Positions 9,518-19,002 of a stretch of 64,000 nt of DNA are shown here, piece after piece. The notes below the pieces were generated by a model, which had not been told where the DNA came from, ran no database searches, and saw nothing but the letters and a program-made list of their open reading frames with translations. The stretch is taken from the IMG/VR virus record IMGVR_UViG_3300028797_000096, positions 13,860 through 77,859 of that record, one strand, 5' to 3'. Numbering within the stretch: position 1 is the first letter of the stretch; the number at the start of each line of letters is the position of its first letter. Position numbers and translations under genes: made by a program. This DNA comes from a virus. Lineage: Duplodnaviria; Heunggongvirae; Uroviricota; Caudoviricetes.

Positions 9518-11439
9518 TATATTTCCTCCACTTCTGTCTTACCTAAAATCTTTTTAACTAATATTTTTTGCGGTATTGATTCTTTTACAGATGGATGATT
9601 AGTTATCCACCAAACAGTTTCTATATTTTCTGCTTTATCTTCTATAATTTCAATTAATTGTTCACAACCAATCGGATCTAATAAACTTTCTATTTCATCT
9701 AAGCAAAGTAAATTAAATCTTGCTTGTGATACAGTTTGAATTAAATCATATAAAGCTAATTGAATACTAATATCTACACGCTTCTTTTCGCCGCCAGATA
9801 AGCTAGAAATAGATTTAGTAACACCATCTGCTTGTATTTTTATATCAATAGATGCGCCATTAAGTAATAAAGAAACTTCTGTATTTTTGAAAAATCTTCC
9901 AATATAAAATTGCATACGATTATTTAAATAAGTAATATCTTTATTTAATAGATAAGGGCGTAACTCTCCTTTAGCTCCAAGTAATTTATAATAAAAATCA
10001 GACAATAATTTTTTATTGGCTAATATTGTATTACTATCTTCTAATTCTTTCTGTTGAGTTTCTGCTGTTGTAATTTCTTCTATATATTTCTTTATATTTT
10101 CTTTATATTCATTTATTCTATCTTCTGCTTCTTTTTTCTTATTCTCATACATATGAATAACAGCTTCAGCGTTTGTTTTATGCGATTTATATTCTAATAA
10201 TTTATCTCGTAATACATTAAAATTACGCTGCTTTTCTTCTTGTAATTCTTTGGCATTTTCTACTTTATACTGTAATTCTTTATATTCTGTTCTTTTCTTT
10301 TCAATTTCAGTTTCAACTTCTTGTTCTAATTCTGCCAATTCTGTATTATTCTTTTTACTTTCAATACTGTTAACATAATCTGTTATAGTATTTTTAAAAG
10401 CTTCTAATTTATAAGACTTATCTGCTATTTCTTTTTCTGTACGATCTAATTTTTTACCACAAGTAGGACAAGTATCATTAGTAAACCATTTTTCTAAAAT
10501 AGCCTTTTCACGTTCTAAGTCACGCTTATTATATTCTAAATCATTAATTTCTTTTATTAGAGCTTCTTTTTTATATTTTACTTTTGATTTTAATACATTT
10601 ACTTCATCTGTAATTGCAGTCATTTGTTTTACTAAATCTGAACTATCAATTATACTATTGTCAAATTCATTAACTTTAATTTCTTGTTCTTTAATCAATT
10701 CTTCATATTTTTTAAGCTCTTCTTTATTCTTACTTATTTCAGTATCCCATTGTGTTGTATCTACTGAATTTTCTAAAGTAGTATTAGCTTTTTCTAAAAA
10801 TTCTTTATATGTACTAATTCTACCTTTTAATACATCTATCTTTGAATTATTTGAAGAGATTTGAGAAGTATATTCTTTACTATCTTTATTAGCTTCATCT
10901 CTAACTCTTTCCCAAATAGAATAATCACGAATACTTTCTAATGTTTGTATACGCTGTTGCGGAGTTAATGAAGAAAAAGCTGAATCCATACCAGAAGTCA
11001 TAATAATAGTATTTCTAAGCAAATCAAATGGAATTTTAATTAACTTATTAATACGATCTTGCGTATCTATTACTTTATGACAACTCAAATCTTGCCCATT
11101 AATTTCTAAAAATAAATTATTACCAGCTACTGTATCTTTTCTAACACGCGTAACTTTAATTTCATCTTTGTCAGTATTAATATAAACAGATACACGGCAA
11201 TTTTTATTTACTTTAAGATTTACTACTTCATCTGCTAATACTTCATTAGTCAGAGATGATCCTGTTAATGCCCAAAATAATGCCGAAATCAATGTGGATT
11301 TGCCACTTCCATTTGTAGAGTTAGTTTCTGTATAATTAATTCCTTCTATAGAAAATAACCCTGATTTTACATTCAAGGTTACTTTATCTTGGATACTACG
11401 AAAATTTTCAATTTCTAATTTAGTAATATTAAATTGCAT
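9517..11439 (-). CDS. sbcC: Recombination ATPase subunit (gp46/Rad50/SbcC)
   Basis: Walker A NGSGKST, coiled coil with CPTCG zinc hook, LSGGE signature, LCLDEI Walker B. Confidence 0.95.
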   Translation of the reverse strand: MQFNITKLEIENFRSIQDKVTLNVKSGLFSIEGINYTETNSTNGSGKSTLISALFWALTGSSLTNEVLADEVVNLKVNKNCRVSVYINTDKDEIKVTRVRKDTVAGNNLFLEINGQDLSCHKVIDTQDRINKLIKIPFDLLRNTIIMTSGMDSAFSSLTPQQRIQTLESIRDYSIWERVRDEANKDSKEYTSQISSNNSKIDVLKGRISTYKEFLEKANTTLENSVDTTQWDTEISKNKEELKKYEELIKEQEIKVNEFDNSIIDSSDLVKQMTAITDEVNVLKSKVKYKKEALIKEINDLEYNKRDLEREKAILEKWFTNDTCPTCGKKLDRTEKEIADKSYKLEAFKNTITDYVNSIESKKNNTELAELEQEVETEIEKKRTEYKELQYKVENAKELQEEKQRNFNVLRDKLLEYKSHKTNAEAVIHMYENKKKEAEDRINEYKENIKKYIEEITTAETQQKELEDSNTILANKKLLSDFYYKLLGAKGELRPYLLNKDITYLNNRMQFYIGRFFKNTEVSLLLNGASIDIKIQADGVTKSISSLSGGEKKRVDISIQLALYDLIQTVSQARFNLLCLDEIESLLDPIGCEQLIEIIEDKAENIETVWWITNHPSVKESIPQKILVKKILGKTEVEEI

Positions 11440-11996
11440 TATACTTCTCCACGATCAACCATATCATATAATTCATAAGCATTATCAACTAATTTATCAT
11501 ATGTCAAAGGACGCTTCATAGGATTCTGTTTAAAACGTTTATATTCATCTATTGCATTTTGTTCAATGGCTGTACGGAACATTTTATTAAACAATTCCAT
11601 ATTCTTTTTAGCTAATTTCTCACTATCAAATACAACCCAAAAAGATTCTTTATTTTTATAATTATTTCTAGTATAATCTTTGTCTACAACACTAATATTA
11701 AATCCATATTGTGGTTTTAAAATATCACAAATTTCTTGAGTTGTCATATCTGGAAATTGTTCTCTTTTCCAATTAACATACATTCTACAAACATTATTGG
11801 CTTTCTTTAATAAATCACGAGATTCTGGTACAATTGGTAAACAATTATGATAATAACCAGTATCCCCTAGCATAACTTTTTTATCTGAAAACTTAACTTT
11901 TGACCGTTTCAGTAATTCAGCAACTCCTTCTAAAAAAGAATTTAACTTTTCATTATTAGTTTTTTTATCATTTAGAAGCAAATACTGTAAATTCAT
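11439..11996 (-). CDS. Hypothetical protein
   Basis: Long ORF coupled to the gp46-like start. Confidence 0.7.
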   Translation of the reverse strand: MNLQYLLLNDKKTNNEKLNSFLEGVAELLKRSKVKFSDKKVMLGDTGYYHNCLPIVPESRDLLKKANNVCRMYVNWKREQFPDMTTQEICDILKPQYGFNISVVDKDYTRNNYKNKESFWVVFDSEKLAKKNMELFNKMFRTAIEQNAIDEYKRFKQNPMKRPLTYDKLVDNAYELYDMVDRGEV

Positions 11997-11997
11997 A

Positions 11998-12909
11998 TTA
12001 TTTACCTTTTGTTTGTTTGATTAAATTTTTGTATCCACTACAAGAATTTCCAATATAGTTTGGATTAAAATATTTATCTGCTAAACATTCGTTTTTATAA
12101 ATACAATCCTTACATAATAGAATCTGTTTAGATTGAAGTTTTTCTAAGTTTTTTTCCAATTCATCTAAATCTTCATATTCGTCTAAATAAAAATTACCCA
12201 TAGGATCAAAACTTCCTAATGCAAATTTATTTGTTGGTAAAATATATACTGTCTTTATAGGAAAATTTTCTGTTTTAATAATCCCTTCTATTTCTAATTT
12301 ATTTATAAAACTAAACTGCATATAAGGAACTAATTTTAAATAATCTGCAATTATTTTTTCATAATTAGAATATCCTATATTTGGTAATTGGCTATATTCA
12401 GTTTTTTGATAAGGATTAATTTTCCAAGTTTTAATACCTAATTTATTTAATTTAGTAATAATTTCCAATTGGTTACTTTCTACTGAAATATCTAAAGATT
12501 CTAAATTAATAATTTTACCTGTAGAAACAGCCGCTTTAATATTTTGAAATACTTTATCTGTATCTTCACTATAACTATTAAAATTATAATTGACTTTAAT
12601 AATATCAGCACCTTCAATCAAAGAACGATTATAATTTACAAAACTTGTACAAATTGTAATATTTGTACTATAAATTTTTAATAATCTAAATAGTAAATCA
12701 AAATAAAAATCAGAAAGTTCAGAAATTTCACCACCTTCTATAGAAATGCTTAAAACATTAAATTTAAAATATAATTGAGGTAATTCTTTTTCTAACCATG
12801 GTAAATTTAAAGTATCTTGTTTAGATCTTAAAGAATTAAAAGAATAATACGGATAATTCCAATTATTTCTGTATAAAGGTAAAATAACTAATTTAATATC
12901 ATTCTTCAT
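11998..12909 (-). CDS. Radical SAM/SPASM-fold protein lacking the CxxxCxxC triad
   Basis: ILPLYRNNWNYPYY at the triad position, ISIEGGEI motif, C-terminal CKDCIYKNECL...CSG. ATG at 12909 preferred over the TTG at 12957. Confidence 0.6.
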   Translation of the reverse strand: MKNDIKLVILPLYRNNWNYPYYSFNSLRSKQDTLNLPWLEKELPQLYFKFNVLSISIEGGEISELSDFYFDLLFRLLKIYSTNITICTSFVNYNRSLIEGADIIKVNYNFNSYSEDTDKVFQNIKAAVSTGKIINLESLDISVESNQLEIITKLNKLGIKTWKINPYQKTEYSQLPNIGYSNYEKIIADYLKLVPYMQFSFINKLEIEGIIKTENFPIKTVYILPTNKFALGSFDPMGNFYLDEYEDLDELEKNLEKLQSKQILLCKDCIYKNECLADKYFNPNYIGNSCSGYKNLIKQTKGK

Positions 12910-12982
12910 ATTAATTAGAATACTTTTTTGATGATAAAATTTCAAAAAATTTTCCAATTCTAAAAGAAAAGTTTAATAAAAG

Positions 12983-13129
12983 AAAATAATATATTATTTA
13001 TAATTTAATTATTTATTATTTATATTTTTTAATTTATATATTATATATTATTTTTTATATTATTATTATTTATTTATATATTTTTATTATTAATTATATA
13101 TTATATTATTATATATACGCACGCGCGCG
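12983..13129. other. 135-bp A/T-only tract followed by an alternating purine-pyrimidine GC run (origin/unwinding-element candidate)
   Basis: No G or C from 12983 to 13117, then ACGCACGCGCGCG. Confidence 0.45.
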
Positions 13130-13140
13130 AAGAAAATAAA

Positions 13141-13170
13141 AAGCAGGTTTAAATAGCCTGCTTAATTTTT
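13141..13170. terminator. Intrinsic terminator hairpin
   Basis: AAGCAGG-N9-CCTGCTT flanked by A/T tracts, just past the stop at 13186. Confidence 0.65.
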
Positions 13171-13185
13171 TATTAAGATTTATAT

Positions 13186-15603
13186 TTAGACATCAATATC
13201 TTCTAAATTTTTCATTTCTGTTTTTTTAGTATCTATATCTTGAACTTTAACTTTTATATCATCAGGATTATCATCATCCATTAAAACATCAATAATTTCA
13301 TATTCTGGCATATTTGGTAATTGAATATCTATATCTTCTTGTTCATCTGGACTATAATCACCCCTAACATTAACATCAATATCTCCAAAATCTTTTTTAT
13401 CTGTAAAATCAGAAGTACCTAAATCAACATCTGGAATATCAGTAGTAGTTGTTGAAGATGTAGTTGTTGAACTTAAATCACTTGAATCCATATCAGATGA
13501 AATAGGACTACCTGTTGCAAAATCAGCCGGACTATCATCTTCTGTTAATCTTTGACCTAAAACTTTACTTAACCAAGGGTGTTTTTCAGCTGATTCAAAA
13601 ATTACACTTTCTGTTTTCTTTTTCATAAACAATTTAGCTATACCATGTAATTCTTCAGGAGAATAATCATTAATATCAACTTTTTTCTTTTTTAAGATTG
13701 CTTTTTCTTCATCACTAAAGCCTGGTAATGGATCTTTTTCAAATCCTTTAAATCCTTTAGCTGACATTTTTTTGATCATATCTTCTACAGCGTGAAAATG
13801 CTTAAATTTAGCTTGAACTTTTGCATCTGTTTGATATAATTCATCAAGTTTATTCTTTTCCCATTCTTTTCTTAATTTATAATTAACATTTGATCCATCA
13901 TTTGTATCAGATAAAGATACACGTGGAACAAATTTATGACCATCTTCTAAATTATCAGCCATATTTTTATTGAAAATATCAATAAATTTTTTATCCGGGT
14001 TTTCTTGAATTTCTAATGCTCTAGCCTTTATTGCTTCTTTTTGTTTATTTACATCTAAAGCATTAAACATAGGATCTTCTGTTTGTAATAATTTTCTAGC
14101 ATAATCTTGACTTAAATAATCTAAAAGGCCTTTATATTTACGACCACCTTCATCTGCTATATTATATTGGAAGAATGTACTTTTTATTTCATCCCATTTT
14201 GTTAAAAAATCATCAGGTAAAATAATTTCGCCATCTCTGATTTTTTGTTCATTGTGCTTAAGCCAAGCTAAGAATGCATTTACAGCTTTGCCACGTTGTG
14301 CTCTAATACCAGCTGGATCATAACCACCTTTACCATCTGGAGTATAATTAAAAGCTTCATCTATTTCTGTTTCTTCTGTTTTTTCTTTATTGCCAACATA
14401 AGCAACAGCAGAACCTAAATTAGCAGTAGCTGTACCAACACCACATTCTTCTATTTCTTCATCGTATTTAGCACCTGGCATTTTACCAATTTTTTCAGGT
14501 TCTTTTTGTTTAGAAAGAAATTGATAATCTTGTTTATTAATAGCTTTACCTACACCTTGCTGTAAAAGATCTTCTTCTTTATCAAGTTTATCTCTTAATT
14601 GTTTATCAGCAACTAATTCACGACGTAAATTATATACTTCATCAGATCTTTCTACGTTATTCTTTTTAAACTCTAAACTTTGTTTATTTTTTTCTGCTAA
14701 AATTGTATTTAATTCTTTTAAACGTTCTTTAGTTTCTTCTAAATCATCACTTTTATCTTGATAGTTTCTTTCTTCTTCTGGATCAGGTAATACACCTGTT
14801 AATGCACGTTTTTCTGATAATTTATTTACATATTTTTCTAACCAAGATAGTTTTGCTTCAAGCGTATGTTTTTCATCAGATAAGTTAGCTGTAGAAATAA
14901 TATTATCGTAGTAATCTTTATCATAATCATTAATAATTTTTGACCATTTACTTTTGGTTTTATCGTCTAAAATTCTACTTTTTGAGGGTTCCGGATTAGA
15001 ATTAGCTTTATTTGCAATTAATAAATCATACCAATTTCTACCTTCTGATTCTTCTTCTTTCATATCTACAGATTCATGTATAACGATAGATTCATCAGGC
15101 AAGGGATAGTTATGCTCTTTTAACCAATCTCTTAATTCACTTACTGATTTAAATAATTCAATCTTACCAGAATGTGATAAGCAAAGATAATCATTTTGTT
15201 TAAATATTTGAGCATTCTTATTTTCTAAAGATGCTGTATTACCTTGCTTATTTACTTGCCAAGTATTATTATCTTTATCTTGGGATAGTTTTTTCATCTT
15301 TTCTAAGATATCATTTAATTTGGAAGAAGCTGTTAATGTTTGCTTTAAAGTATCTTTAGCTTGGTTAACTAATTGTTCTTTTGTTTCTTTTGCTTCTTCT
15401 GATTCATTATCTAATGTATCTATTTCAAGTCCTGGAGTAGAAGGATTAAAATCAGAATCAGTTTTAACTATAGAAGAGAATTTACCATCTGCTTCAACGA
15501 TAACTGGAGTAAATTCTTTAACTGTATCATTTAGTTTTAATTTTTGCAAAGCTTCATTCATTGTAGACAAAAAACTTGAACGAATTTTAACAGTTTTTTC
15601 CAT
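13186..15603 (-). CDS. Large acidic/coiled-coil protein, probable internal head protein
   Basis: 805 aa with repeated hydrophobic-x-E sites (MNEA, IHES, IEEC, IDEA, IFES, LTED); two GTTCTA sites upstream (15655, 15714). Confidence 0.5.
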   Translation of the reverse strand: MEKTVKIRSSFLSTMNEALQKLKLNDTVKEFTPVIVEADGKFSSIVKTDSDFNPSTPGLEIDTLDNESEEAKETKEQLVNQAKDTLKQTLTASSKLNDILEKMKKLSQDKDNNTWQVNKQGNTASLENKNAQIFKQNDYLCLSHSGKIELFKSVSELRDWLKEHNYPLPDESIVIHESVDMKEEESEGRNWYDLLIANKANSNPEPSKSRILDDKTKSKWSKIINDYDKDYYDNIISTANLSDEKHTLEAKLSWLEKYVNKLSEKRALTGVLPDPEEERNYQDKSDDLEETKERLKELNTILAEKNKQSLEFKKNNVERSDEVYNLRRELVADKQLRDKLDKEEDLLQQGVGKAINKQDYQFLSKQKEPEKIGKMPGAKYDEEIEECGVGTATANLGSAVAYVGNKEKTEETEIDEAFNYTPDGKGGYDPAGIRAQRGKAVNAFLAWLKHNEQKIRDGEIILPDDFLTKWDEIKSTFFQYNIADEGGRKYKGLLDYLSQDYARKLLQTEDPMFNALDVNKQKEAIKARALEIQENPDKKFIDIFNKNMADNLEDGHKFVPRVSLSDTNDGSNVNYKLRKEWEKNKLDELYQTDAKVQAKFKHFHAVEDMIKKMSAKGFKGFEKDPLPGFSDEEKAILKKKKVDINDYSPEELHGIAKLFMKKKTESVIFESAEKHPWLSKVLGQRLTEDDSPADFATGSPISSDMDSSDLSSTTTSSTTTTDIPDVDLGTSDFTDKKDFGDIDVNVRGDYSPDEQEDIDIQLPNMPEYEIIDVLMDDDNPDDIKVKVQDIDTKKTEMKNLEDIDV

Positions 15604-15799
15604 TTATATATACCTTTATAAAAAATTAATAGGTTTAAATATTTTTCTTAGAAATAGAACTATCGAAAAATAAAATCCTTGTTTTACCAAAGATTTATGA
15701 TTTTTGAATTATATAGAACTTAAACTTAATAAAATGGAAATTTTCTTTAAAATTCTTACTCTTTTTATATGTTCAATATAATAGATAAAAGGAGTATTT

Positions 15800-16144
15800 A
15801 TGCAAGAATTTTCTTATTTATACTGGCATTACTATCCTAATACTCTTTCTAAAGGGTATATGTATTCTTGGTTTGATTTATCAAAAGAATTAAATACCGT
15901 CTATATTTATTCTCTTCCACAAATTGATATTAAAGAATATATACCTTCTGTTTTATGTGATTATATTTATGACGTATCAAGTAGGTATGAAACTCAATTA
16001 TTAGATCAGATGGGAACTAATGGTATTAAAAATTATAAAAAGCTATTAACAGATTTTGGTTTTGATACTGGTTATAAAATTTATAAACTTTACTCTACAG
16101 GTACAGTTTTAGATGAACTTCAAACATATTTATTAAATAATTAA
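15800..16144 (+). CDS. Hypothetical protein
   Basis: Strong SD AAGGAG; 114 aa. Confidence 0.75.
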   Translation: MQEFSYLYWHYYPNTLSKGYMYSWFDLSKELNTVYIYSLPQIDIKEYIPSVLCDYIYDVSSRYETQLLDQMGTNGIKNYKKLLTDFGFDTGYKIYKLYSTGTVLDELQTYLLNN

Positions 16145-16154
16145 AGGATAAAAA

Positions 16155-16880
16155 ATGTCTTGGGATGGAAATAATATGTCTTTATCTAAAGATTCACCTA
16201 AAAATTATATGTATAAAAATACAGTATATTTGTTAGATGAAATCTCAGATAATTCTTGTGCATATCTTATTGGTGATTTATATGATTTTGTTACAAATCC
16301 TCAGAATTTTGATACACCTTTAAATTTTATTATTAACAGTCCAGGTGGTGATGTATATGTTATGATGACTATATTAGGATTGATTAACATTGCAAAATTA
16401 AATGGAATTCAAGTAAATACTTTTGTAATGGGTATTGCAGCAAGTGCTGCTTCAGTTATTGCTATTCAAGGTGATAGTCGTAAAATTACAAAAATCTCAA
16501 GACATTTTATTCATTTTGGATCTATGTGGTCATTAACAGAACGCCATAGTGAAATTGAAAAAATTTATGAACAAACAAAAGATTATGCAGAACGAATAGA
16601 TAACTTATATTTACAATCTTGTCCAGGTTTAACTGCTGAAAAATTAAGAAATTTACAATTAGATGAGCGTGGATACTTAAATGCAGAACAATGTATTGAA
16701 TATGGATTGTGTGATGCAATAATCGATGAAGATCTATCTAAAATAAATCAATTACATGAAGATGCAGAAAGTTTTGAACAATTATTTGATGATTATAGAA
16801 ATAGAAATTATAAAGAATTAAAAAAGAAAATTGATGCATTAGAAAAACAAGACCAACCACAAAAAAATAAGAAAAAATAA
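16155..16880 (+). CDS. clpP: ATP-dependent Clp protease proteolytic subunit
   Basis: INSPGGDV, GIAASAAS (catalytic Ser), RHFIHFG (His), YLNAEQCIEYGLCDAI. Confidence 0.9.
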   Translation: MSWDGNNMSLSKDSPKNYMYKNTVYLLDEISDNSCAYLIGDLYDFVTNPQNFDTPLNFIINSPGGDVYVMMTILGLINIAKLNGIQVNTFVMGIAASAASVIAIQGDSRKITKISRHFIHFGSMWSLTERHSEIEKIYEQTKDYAERIDNLYLQSCPGLTAEKLRNLQLDERGYLNAEQCIEYGLCDAIIDEDLSKINQLHEDAESFEQLFDDYRNRNYKELKKKIDALEKQDQPQKNKKK

Positions 16881-18394
16881 TGATAAACGAAGATATTAAA
16901 GAACATTTTAAACAACTTTGTAAAGCTGCTAATCATACATTGACTAGAAGTGAATATCGTAAATTAAATGATATCAGAGAATATAGTTCTTCTAAAATAG
17001 AAGCTTTATGGGGTACTTGGAAAAGCTTTATTCAAGATGTTTCTAGTACTATCAATTTAAACCGATATGAAATTAAAAAAGTTGTAAAAAAAGCAATAAA
17101 TAATGTTGTAATTACTTCTGTTATTGATGGATCTAAAGTTGATTATACTTGCTTAAATACTTTAATCGCATATTGTAAAGAAGAAAAATGCCAATTATAT
17201 ATATTATGGAATAAAGCTTTAGCCTGTAATACACATTTCTCTAAAGAAGATTATGATTTATTAAAAAAATATTTAGTAACTGATTTAACTTTTGAAAAAG
17301 ATACAAGATGTAAAGCTGCTGATTTTTTAATTCCAGCTACAAGTAAAAATCCTTTGCAAAATTTAGATAAATTATCAAAAGGTTTAAATACAATTATTGT
17401 CGGTTCACCAAAGCAATATTTAGAAACCTTACCATGCGATCATTCTCATTCTTATAAAATTGCTTTAAGTACAGGTACAATTTCTTTACCTAATTATAAA
17501 TCCAATATTTCTGGGCATTTAGATGCTCAAAATCATACATTAGGTGGTATTAGATTAGAATGGAATCAACAAAAATCTCGTTATATAGTTCGTCAATTAC
17601 AAATGGATTCAGAAGGATTTGTTTATGATTTAAATACTGCATATTCTTCTAAAGGTATTGCTATGAGAGATAAATTAGTTTCTTGTATGGTATTAGGCGA
17701 TTTACATGCACCAGAAACTGATATGATTGCTTTAGATAATACTATAAAATTACTACAAAAATTAAATCCAGATGATGTTATGATTCATGATTGGATGAGT
17801 TATCAAAGTATTAATCACTATGATGAACATAGAGCATTAACTAAAATTTTAAATCTAACACCAGAAACAAAAGATTTAAAAACAGAAATAATGTGTAGTG
17901 TAGAGATTATAAATAAGTTAGCAAAATCTTGTCCTAAATCTATTTTTAGAATTGTACATTCTAATCATGATGAATTTTTGATAAAATGGCTAAATGAAGG
18001 TGAATTTGTAAAAAGTAACCCTGCAAATAGAGTAGCAGGATGCCAATTATTTGCTAACATTGCAGAAGGTAATCCAATATTTCCTGCAAATTTATTTAAT
18101 AAAAACATTAAATTTCTAGATCCAGAACAAAGTTATGAAATAAAAGGGTATGAAGTTGGAAAACATGGAGACGCTGGTATTGCTGGTGCTAAAGGAAATA
18201 CAAATGCCTATGTAAAAAGTTATGATAAATCAATTACAGGTCATACACATAGTCCAAAAATTAAAGAAAGTGGAGTAGTAGTAGGTACATTATCTAAATT
18301 AAAATTATCATATAATAAAACTTCAATTTCTAATTGGGCACATGCTAATTGTATATTATATAAAAACGGCACATTCCAATTAATTTTTGTATAG
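16880..18394 (+). CDS. Calcineurin-like metallophosphoesterase with an N-terminal homing-endonuclease-associated-repeat-like segment
   Basis: LGDLH, IHD, SNHD, KHG and GHTH motifs; N-terminal TLTRSEYRK...YSSSKIEALWGTW. Confidence 0.65.
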   Translation: MINEDIKEHFKQLCKAANHTLTRSEYRKLNDIREYSSSKIEALWGTWKSFIQDVSSTINLNRYEIKKVVKKAINNVVITSVIDGSKVDYTCLNTLIAYCKEEKCQLYILWNKALACNTHFSKEDYDLLKKYLVTDLTFEKDTRCKAADFLIPATSKNPLQNLDKLSKGLNTIIVGSPKQYLETLPCDHSHSYKIALSTGTISLPNYKSNISGHLDAQNHTLGGIRLEWNQQKSRYIVRQLQMDSEGFVYDLNTAYSSKGIAMRDKLVSCMVLGDLHAPETDMIALDNTIKLLQKLNPDDVMIHDWMSYQSINHYDEHRALTKILNLTPETKDLKTEIMCSVEIINKLAKSCPKSIFRIVHSNHDEFLIKWLNEGEFVKSNPANRVAGCQLFANIAEGNPIFPANLFNKNIKFLDPEQSYEIKGYEVGKHGDAGIAGAKGNTNAYVKSYDKSITGHTHSPKIKESGVVVGTLSKLKLSYNKTSISNWAHANCILYKNGTFQLIFV

Positions 18395-18448
18395 TTCTAG
18401 AAAAAATGTAATTCTATATAATATAACCATAAAATAAAGGAAATTAAA

Positions 18449-18643
18449 ATGGTAAAAGTAAAAAAAGAAACAAAAAAAGTAGCAACAAAGAAAACAGTTA
18501 AAAAAACTAACTGCAAATGTGCTAAAAAATCTACATGTAAAGCAAAGAAAACAACAAAGCCAGTAAAAGTTACAGTTGCAGCTCCAGTAGCTCCAGTAAA
18601 AAAATCTTTCTGGACAAAAGTTAAAGAATTCTTTGGCTTTTAA
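18449..18643 (+). CDS. Lys-rich histone-H1-like small protein
   Basis: SD AAGGA; KKETKKVATKKTVKK...; C-terminal SFWTKVKEFFGF. Confidence 0.7.
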   Translation: MVKVKKETKKVATKKTVKKTNCKCAKKSTCKAKKTTKPVKVTVAAPVAPVKKSFWTKVKEFFGF

Positions 18644-18669
18644 GTAAATCAAAAAGGAGAAAATTTATT

Positions 18670-18978
18670 ATGGATAAAATGTATGCTGCTATAAACAGCA
18701 ATGTATTTGTTAAAGAAATTCAGCAAGAACCTAGACAAGGAAGTATGCTATTACCAAATTCTTTAGACGATGATTTTACATTTGGTGAAGTTATTTCTGT
18801 AGCGGAAGGCTATTTTGATCATGGTAATTTTGTACAATCTTGTGTACAGACTGGTGATATTGTTGCATTTCCAAAAATTTCTGGTACTAAAGTTAATTTC
18901 AATTCTATTCCTTTAATCCGTGTTATGCAATCTGATATTGTAGCAAAACAAGTAGAAGGTAAAATTTTAGAAGATTAA
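18670..18978 (+). CDS. groES: Co-chaperonin GroES
   Basis: GSMLLP mobile loop, GEVISVAEG, VQTGDIV, SDIVAK; directly upstream of groEL. Confidence 0.9.
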   Translation: MDKMYAAINSNVFVKEIQQEPRQGSMLLPNSLDDDFTFGEVISVAEGYFDHGNFVQSCVQTGDIVAFPKISGTKVNFNSIPLIRVMQSDIVAKQVEGKILED

Positions 18979-19002
18979 TTTTATAGAAAAGGAGAAAATA
19001 TT

